Of a stretch of DNA of 64,000 nucleotides, positions 58,382 to 64,000 are shown in pieces; position 1 is the stretch's first letter; each line of letters opens with the position of its first letter. Source of the stretch: Myxococcales bacterium (GTDB lineage Bacteria > Myxococcota > Myxococcia > Myxococcales > UBA5297); assembly GCA_049841135.1 (NCBI GenBank), contig JASGHK010000002.1, positions 863,116 to 927,115 of the forward strand. The letters run 5' to 3'. Made by a program: the position numbers and the translations under genes. Under the pieces are notes generated by a model. It worked only from the letters and a program-made list of their open reading frames with translations, did no database searches and was not told where the DNA came from.

Positions 58382-59962
58382 TCAGCTCTTGTCGAACTCC
58401 AGCACCAGCGCGTGGACCTTGCCGTCCTCGCCCTCCTCGGCGTCGAGCTCGACCAAATCCTTGGCGGCGCGGACCTTGGCTCCGGTGCTCAGGCTGGTGC
58501 CCAGCGCCGCCTGGAGCTTGGCGCCGTAGCTGTCGCCCGCGGCCGCGGTGATCCGCTCGTTGAGCTTCTTGAAGTCGAGCGGTTTGGGCGAGATGACCAC
58601 CGCCACCGAGTCGCGGGTGCCCTTGTCGTCGGCCTCCAGGCTCTGCTTGCGCGGAAAGACGCGCACGCCGGTGGTGCCGCAGTAAGGCGAGTGCTTGGGC
58701 GTGTACGGGAACAGCACGTAGCTCGTCCCGTCGGTCTCCTGGCCGAAGAGGTAGGTGTAGACGGGCTTGCTGTTCGAGAATTCGACCTTGAAGCGCGTGC
58801 CGACCTTGATGGGCTTCACGGTCCGGAAGACGTTCCCCTCCACCGGCTTGAGCGCGATGCGCCGCTTGGTGGCGTTGTCGATCAGCCCGAACTGGATGTG
58901 CTGCTTCTGGTCCGCCTCGGCTTTGCCCATCGGGTACAGGCCGTAGGCCTCCTTCACGAAGTGGTCGAAGTCCTTGTACTTGACGAAGGCGACGCCGCCG
59001 TCGCCCCAGTCGTCGCCCCAGCTGTTCATCAGCTCGAAGGCGCCGCCCTCCAGCGAGTCGTCGTAGCCGATGACCGCCATGGCGTGCCCGCCCCAGTCGC
59101 CGCGGAACTCGTAGTCGTCCTCGGTGGGGCGCCAGACGCGCCTGCCCTGCATCTCGGTCTCGAAGGTCCCGCCCACCTTCATGCCGATGACCACCGGCGC
59201 GCCCTGCGCCAGGTGCTGCTTCACCGCCGTGGCGTTGTTCCGGTAGTCGTCCGAATCCACGGTCAGGCGCGTGAACCCGACGATCCGGTAGTCGGCGGCG
59301 CGCTCCTTCTCGTCGGGGCTGGGCCTTCGCGTGCACGACTTCTGGTCGTAGGCGAACTCGGAGAGCGGCAGGTCGCCGGTCTTCTCCATCGTCTCCAGCG
59401 CGCGCACCAGGTAGCTGCCCTGGCAGCTGCTCTTGCCGATCTGGTTGTAGATGAACGAGGGGCTGAAGGCGAGGTCGGCCCCGGTCTGCCGCTTGTGCAG
59501 GATGGAGCGCGCCGCATAGGAGGTGGCCCAGCCGACGCAGCTGCCCTGCCGGCCCTGGCTCTTGCGCGGCGGAGCGTACTGGCGAAGCGAGACGCGCGAG
59601 ACGCTGTCCGCCTCGGCCAAGGGTTCGTGCACCAGCGCGGTGTCGTAGACCTTCGGGTCCAGCACCGCGCCCGTTCCGAGCTGGCCCTCCTCGGCGACCT
59701 TGGCCGGCGTGGCCTCCTCGGAGGACGCGGTCTGGTCGGGCCCGCTCGAGCTCGGCCCGGAGCAGTAGTAGAAGGCCCCGACGATCAGCAGCAGCACGAC
59801 GGTGATCTTCGGGTGCCGGAAGGCGAAGAAGAGCAACCCGAGAATGGCCGCGCCGCCCGCTCCACTTCCGCCGCCGCTTCCGCCACCACCTCCACCGCCT
59901 CGTGGGGAATCGTCGTCCCCGCCGCTGTCGCGCGGGTCGTCGTCGGTCATGCGGATGGGCAT
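58382..59962 (-). CDS. membrane-anchored papain-like (C1) cysteine peptidase with C-terminal beta-rich domain (DUF4384-like)
   Basis: 526 aa. Acidic then poly-Gly N-terminus, followed by a TM helix (AAILGLLFFAF...VVLLLIVGAFYY). Catalytic blocks are QGRQGSCVGWATSYA (Cys), GGHAMAVIGYDD (His) and LMNSWGDDWGDGG (Asn/Trp). The DUF4384 call for the last about 170 aa rests on memory of that family. Confidence 0.78.
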   Translation of the reverse strand: MPIRMTDDDPRDSGGDDDSPRGGGGGGGSGGGSGAGGAAILGLLFFAFRHPKITVVLLLIVGAFYYCSGPSSSGPDQTASSEEATPAKVAEEGQLGTGAVLDPKVYDTALVHEPLAEADSVSRVSLRQYAPPRKSQGRQGSCVGWATSYAARSILHKRQTGADLAFSPSFIYNQIGKSSCQGSYLVRALETMEKTGDLPLSEFAYDQKSCTRRPSPDEKERAADYRIVGFTRLTVDSDDYRNNATAVKQHLAQGAPVVIGMKVGGTFETEMQGRRVWRPTEDDYEFRGDWGGHAMAVIGYDDSLEGGAFELMNSWGDDWGDGGVAFVKYKDFDHFVKEAYGLYPMGKAEADQKQHIQFGLIDNATKRRIALKPVEGNVFRTVKPIKVGTRFKVEFSNSKPVYTYLFGQETDGTSYVLFPYTPKHSPYCGTTGVRVFPRKQSLEADDKGTRDSVAVVISPKPLDFKKLNERITAAAGDSYGAKLQAALGTSLSTGAKVRAAKDLVELDAEEGEDGKVHALVLEFDKS

Positions 59963-60033
59963 GGGAACCTCGGTTCGAGCTGCGCCGAAGGCTCGTCCGG
60001 CTCCGGGCTGCCCGTCAAGCCGCTCCCCCGGCT

Positions 60034-60363
60034 ATGATGCGGGCCATGAAGAAGCTCAAGCGCCCCATCGAAGAAGTCCGTGCCGAGCTGATGGCTGACC
60101 CCGCGACCCAGAGCATTGCCCAGCGACTCGGCATGCCGCTGGAGGAGTACGTGGAGAAGGTCATCGACTACGCGCTGCACCCGGAGAAGAAGCCGGAGTT
60201 CAACGTGCTGCCCGACGGCGAGGTCCGGGCGCAGGGTGGCGCGACCACCGGCGAGGTGAAGCAGTGGCTGGAGGACGTCGCGGACGGCAAGGTCGACATC
60301 CGGCCCGACCGCGAGAAGGACTCCTTCGAAGAGACGTTGCCCACCCAGCGGCGCAGGAAATAG
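60034..60363 (+). CDS. small hypothetical protein
   Basis: In-frame ATGs at 60034, 60037 and 60046 in ORF 59902..60363. Reads MKKLKRPIEEVRAELMADPATQSIAQRLGMPLEEYVEKVIDYALHPEKK... The sequence is charged and protein-like, and the gene is divergent from the peptidase gene. Confidence 0.5.
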   Translation: MMRAMKKLKRPIEEVRAELMADPATQSIAQRLGMPLEEYVEKVIDYALHPEKKPEFNVLPDGEVRAQGGATTGEVKQWLEDVADGKVDIRPDREKDSFEETLPTQRRRK

Positions 60364-60849
60364 GCGTCGCTCCGTGGTGAAAACCGCAGGAAATCCGCAT
60401 GGGTGGCCGACTTCAGCCCGCAAGCATTCGGATTTCCTAGGATTCTACTGAGTCAGGCTGAAGTCGAGTGGGCTCGCCCCGCGTCAGAGGGGTCGGAAAC
60501 GGGTTCGATCTGGCCGAATAGGCCACCAGGGCCACGGAAAGGCACCTGGGAGCCTGGATGAGCCGCCAGCCCTATTTCAGCAAGCCTGACCACCGAAGCA
60601 GGCCTCCCCGGGCCATTGCGGAGCCCAGGAGGGCCTTCCCGAGGCAATAAAGCAGCCTCGCAAGGTGCCGTTATTGCTTTGGTTTTTGGAATCCCGTCCT
60701 GTCAGCCTTGGTCCAGTGGAAGCCCCGGCGGACCAAAGCTGCCCGCTCTCCCCATCGGCCAACTGGCCGAGTCCGGCAACCTCCGCCGCACGCCCGCGAT
60801 AATCCTCACAGAACCTCTGCAGCGCCCCCGCAGACCAAAGGAAATGACC

Positions 60850-61250
60850 ATGAGCTTCTTCTCTAAGAATCGGCAGCGCCTTCAAGAGCGTGATGGGGAC
60901 CGTGGGCAAGGTGCTCGACATCGTCAAGAAGCCCATGGAGCTCATCACCAAGCCTCTCCAGGGCGCGCTCGAGAAGCTCGCGGACAAGCTCCCCTTCGGC
61001 CTGGGCAAGCTGGTCAAGCCCTTCATCGGGACCTTCATGAACAACGCCATCGGCTGGCTCGCGGGCGGTCCGCTCGGCGGCTTCTTCAACCTGATGAGCA
61101 ACGTCGCCAACACCGCCGGCAAGAATCGACGACATCCTCCACACCGTCGACGGCGCGCTCGGCGGCGGCATCATGGGCCTGCCGCAGGAGGCTCAGGAGA
61201 ACCTGCAGGAAGGCACCGCCTGGGCGCAGGCGCAGACGCTGCTCCAGTAG
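60850..61250 (+). CDS. small Gly/hydrophobic-rich protein (about 132 aa) read through two apparent +1 frame breaks at GAATC (60867-60871, 61123-61127)
   Basis: AGGA at 60839-60842 lies 7 nt before the ATG at 60850. With one A removed at each GAATC the product is MSFFSKIGSAFKSVMGTVGKVLDIVKKPMELITKPLQGALEKLADKLPFGLGKLVKPFIGTFMNNAIGWLAGGPLGGFFNLMSNVANTAGKIDDILHTVDGALGGGIMGLPQEAQENLQEGTAWAQAQTLLQ. The stop is at 61248-61250, followed by a hairpin. Alternatively translation starts at 60890/60893. Confidence 0.55.
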
Positions 61251-61281
61251 CTCGTCGCTCGCATTCCGACTTCAGCACGGA

Positions 61282-61305
61282 GGCCGCGCTCGCGAGGGCG
61301 CGGCC
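61282..61305. terminator. GC-rich hairpin between convergent genes
   Basis: GGCCGCGC-tcgcgagg-GCGCGGCC followed by ttcggcgtttc. It lies 32 nt after the + strand stop at 61250 and 74 nt from the - strand stop at 61379. Confidence 0.5.
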
Positions 61306-61378
61306 TTCGGCGTTTCAGAAGGACGTTTTCCGAGGAGCAGCCACGAGCGACCCGCCAGCCGTAGCAGGGCGGCTTACA

Positions 61379-62183
61379 TCACTGGCACCAGGTGCGCGCG
61401 TACGGTGCGACGGGCTCCATGGCTCCCAAGGTGATGACGAAGGTCTCGTTCCCCTGAGCGTCCCGCAGCGGCTGGCCGGAGACGGCCTTTGCCCCTGGCG
61501 TCACGCTGACCGCGAGCTCGTCCTTCGTGGTGCCGGGGACATGGATCCAAACGCCCTCGTTGCTTTCGGTCTGGACCTCGAAGCTCCAGCAGTCGGCTGG
61601 TGCCTTGAGCGCATGAGGGCACACCGACTTCTGCAGGCCATCGGCCGCGAGCGGCTCCGAGAAGAGAATGCTGCCGCTCAGGTAGCCGCCCTTCTCGTAG
61701 ATCTCGACCTTGACGATCTGCGGCAGGCTCCCGACGTGGAAGTGGCTCTGGAGGTCGTGGTCGCGCCCGTGCCAGTTGAAGGACTTCACGCCCGGCCCGA
61801 CTTGCAGGTCGTACCAGCCGTCGCCCAGGGGCTGCTTCGGTGTCAGCCGGACGCAGGTGATCGCCTCACCATGCTCGTCGAGGCACCGAGCTCGCGCCGC
61901 CGTCGGGCTGCGTCCGCGTGTCGCCGGTCTCCACCGTGATCGGGACCGGCTGCCCTGCCGCGTCCCTCAGCGAGACCTCGTCGACGACGGTCTTGACGAA
62001 CTTCGGCAAGACGTCGTCGCCGCCATAGGCCCCGAGGCGCACGACGATGGGCGTCGCCCCGGCGTTGGTCGCGTGGTCGTGCGGCGTCAGCCCTATGGAG
62101 TGCTCCGGCCCGGGGTAGTACTCGACGAGGTCCGTGCAACCCGCCAGCACAAGCCCGGCAAGACCCACCAGCAACGAACGCAT
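61379..62183 (-). CDS. lipoprotein, hypothetical; apparent +1 frame break near 61882-61890
   Basis: ORF 61866..62183 starts MRSLLVGLAGLVLAGC (lipobox). ORF 61379..61789 is open upstream of its listed GTG (..LDEHGEAITCVRLTPKQPLGDGWYDLQVGPGVKSFNWHG..). The frames meet between 61882 and 61890. Confidence 0.6.
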
Positions 62184-62259
62184 TCGAACCCCCTTCGCAC
62201 GGCCAGTGCGAGCAGTCTACTTCTGCGCGCGGAGGGGGCGAAAGCCGGTCGGCAGGAGC

Positions 62260-62766
62260 TCAGGACCCGGTCGCGCCAATGAACAGGCCGCAGTCCGGGC
62301 ACTCCTCCGGCGTCCCCTCGAAGCTCGCGCCGCAGGCCGGGCACTTCTTCTGCCCCTCGGCGTCGAAGTCGACCATCGCGTCGAGGTTTGCGCCCTGGCA
62401 CTCCTCGTCGGACTCGACCAACCGCTTCTGCTCGGCCTTGAGCACCTGCGCGGCGAGTTCGACGTCCTCGGGCAGCACGGCGACGAAGAAGTGCGAGCAC
62501 TGCCCGCCCTTTCCGCAGCTCTTGGGGTCGCCGGTGATCATGGCGTCCATGCCCTGCGCCTGCAGGAACTCGATCATCTGGCAGGCGTCCGTGTAGCTCA
62601 TCCGCAGGATGGCGGCCGCAGTCCCGTCCTTGACCGCCGAGCGCAGCCGTTCGCCCTTGCCCTCGTCCTGTTCGGGGAGCGCGGGCACCAGGGCCTGCTC
62701 GCAGTGCGCGCACTTGGCGATGCCATCGCGGTACTCGGTACGGCAGACAGGGCAGTAGTTGGGCAT
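62260..62766 (-). CDS. hypothetical protein with two zinc-ribbon-like CxxC pairs
   Basis: 168 aa. CPVC..(11)..CAHC at the N-terminus and CPAC..(11)..CPDC at the C-terminus flank an alpha/beta-looking core. Confidence 0.6.
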   Translation of the reverse strand: MPNYCPVCRTEYRDGIAKCAHCEQALVPALPEQDEGKGERLRSAVKDGTAAAILRMSYTDACQMIEFLQAQGMDAMITGDPKSCGKGGQCSHFFVAVLPEDVELAAQVLKAEQKRLVESDEECQGANLDAMVDFDAEGQKKCPACGASFEGTPEECPDCGLFIGATGS

Positions 62767-62863
62767 GACGAATCCTCCGGAAGGCGCCGTTGTAGCGCCC
62801 CAGCGGCGAAGCTGACAAGGCGAAGGATTGGCCCGTCCGGCCGAGGAGGACGACGATCGGCGC

Positions 62864-63430
62864 TTACTCGGTCGGCCCGGCGAGGTCCGGCCCGTCCGAG
62901 CTGGGCGGCTCGGACTTCATCCGCTCGTCCAGGAAGGCCCCCAGCTGGTCGGGCTCGACGAAGGTGACCTCGAGCTTGCCGAAGCGGAGCGTCGCGCGGG
63001 GCGGAAGCAGAAAGGCCTTCGAGGGCTTGAGCTTCTCTTCGCCGACCCAGGTCCCGTTGCGCGAGTTGGCGTCCACCAGGAACCGCTTGCGGTTGGAGTC
63101 CTGGAAGTAGGCGTGGAAGCGCGAGACCTGGTGGTGGTGCAGCACCACGTCGTTGTTCTCGGCGTGCCCGACGGTGACGCCGAAGGGGAAGGCGTTGGGG
63201 ACGATGCCCTTGACGATCTCGATGGCGACGGGCTCGCCCTTGACGAGGTCGGACGCCGCGCCGCTGACGTCAGTGGTCTCGATGTGCCCGTCCTGGCGCG
63301 AGGGCGGCTCCCAGACCAGCACCGGGTGCGGGCAACGCTTCTTGAGGCTCGCGGGGTCGGCCAGGTAGGCGCGGACGAGCAAGACGAGGTTGTGGGTTGC
63401 CATGGATGCTGCCCCTTGGTCCTGCGCCAC
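62864..63430 (-). CDS. FHA domain protein
   Basis: 188 aa; an alternative start MATHNL lies at 63403. The FHA core is FGVTVGHAENNDVVLHHHQVSRFHAYFQ...FLVDANSRNGTWVGEEKL. Confidence 0.8.
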   Translation of the reverse strand: MAQDQGAASMATHNLVLLVRAYLADPASLKKRCPHPVLVWEPPSRQDGHIETTDVSGAASDLVKGEPVAIEIVKGIVPNAFPFGVTVGHAENNDVVLHHHQVSRFHAYFQDSNRKRFLVDANSRNGTWVGEEKLKPSKAFLLPPRATLRFGKLEVTFVEPDQLGAFLDERMKSEPPSSDGPDLAGPTE

Positions 63431-63474
63431 TTGACCACAGGAAGCGCCCTTGCGCCAACCCTAGGTTCCCCCCG

Positions 63475-64000
<526 letters not shown>

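Noticed and set aside
60440-60560. tRNA-like, tmRNA-like or riboswitch element suggested by GGGTTCGATC and several hairpins in the low-GC leader.
   Set aside because: I could not build a cloverleaf, an acceptor/CCA end or any known riboswitch consensus. The resemblance is limited to a T-loop-like pentamer.
60867-61127. Programmed +1 ribosomal frameshifting at the two identical AAG-AAT-CG sites in the small gene.
   Set aside because: The same GA(A/T)TC doubling breaks unrelated genes on both strands (hflX, NIF3, the giant lipoprotein) and also varies in non-coding repeats. A motif-linked sequence error or hotspot explains all cases better than recoding.

Overview
This is a very GC-rich window (about 65-70% by eye, not computed). 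Its gene content looks like a myxobacterial (Myxococcota) chromosome; that assignment is inferred from the many lipoproteins, the HAF, FG-GAP and CarboxypepD_reg-type surface proteins, FHA/GGDEF signalling and Pro-rich proteins.

Left to right the window contains:
- A ParB-HTH-like gene beside an 80-bp hairpin tandem-repeat array. A complete IS66-family element splits the array (exact 24-bp inverted repeats, 8-bp target duplication).
- A lipoprotein built from 6 x 71-aa FG-GAP-like repeats, a HAF-repeat protein, a SEC-C protein and tRNA-Phe.
- An S1 protease and one modular surface lipoprotein of about 3,290 aa.
- An Fpg/Nei glycosylase followed by about 20 x 66-bp tandem repeats, which abut about 4.5 related units in inverted orientation.
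- ygfZ, a FAD oxidoreductase and a metallophosphoesterase.
- A glucan cluster: GH57, FHA-GGDEF, a phosphofructokinase remnant and GH31.
- Envelope genes and ileS-lspA-lgt.
- A NIF3 gene, a membrane-anchored papain-like peptidase, a small Gly-rich protein behind a low-GC leader, an FHA protein and hflX.

The best candidate for an undescribed system is at 46662-56602 on the minus strand. A lidless Hsp70-like ATPase is tightly or translationally coupled to six diverged paralogs. Each paralog is a single-pass membrane-anchored HEAT-repeat protein, and all six share a near-invariant C-terminal tail.

A second window-wide signal is eleven apparent +1 frame breaks. Five sit exactly at GATC expanded to GAATC or GATTC, and several others fit a doubled base inside GAGCTC or CTCGAG. 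I read this as a motif-linked (possibly methylation-linked) consensus error rather than gene decay.

High GC creates many long spurious ORFs in the track, so only ORFs with motif or composition support are listed. No database search was run, and every family assignment is my own reading of the motifs.
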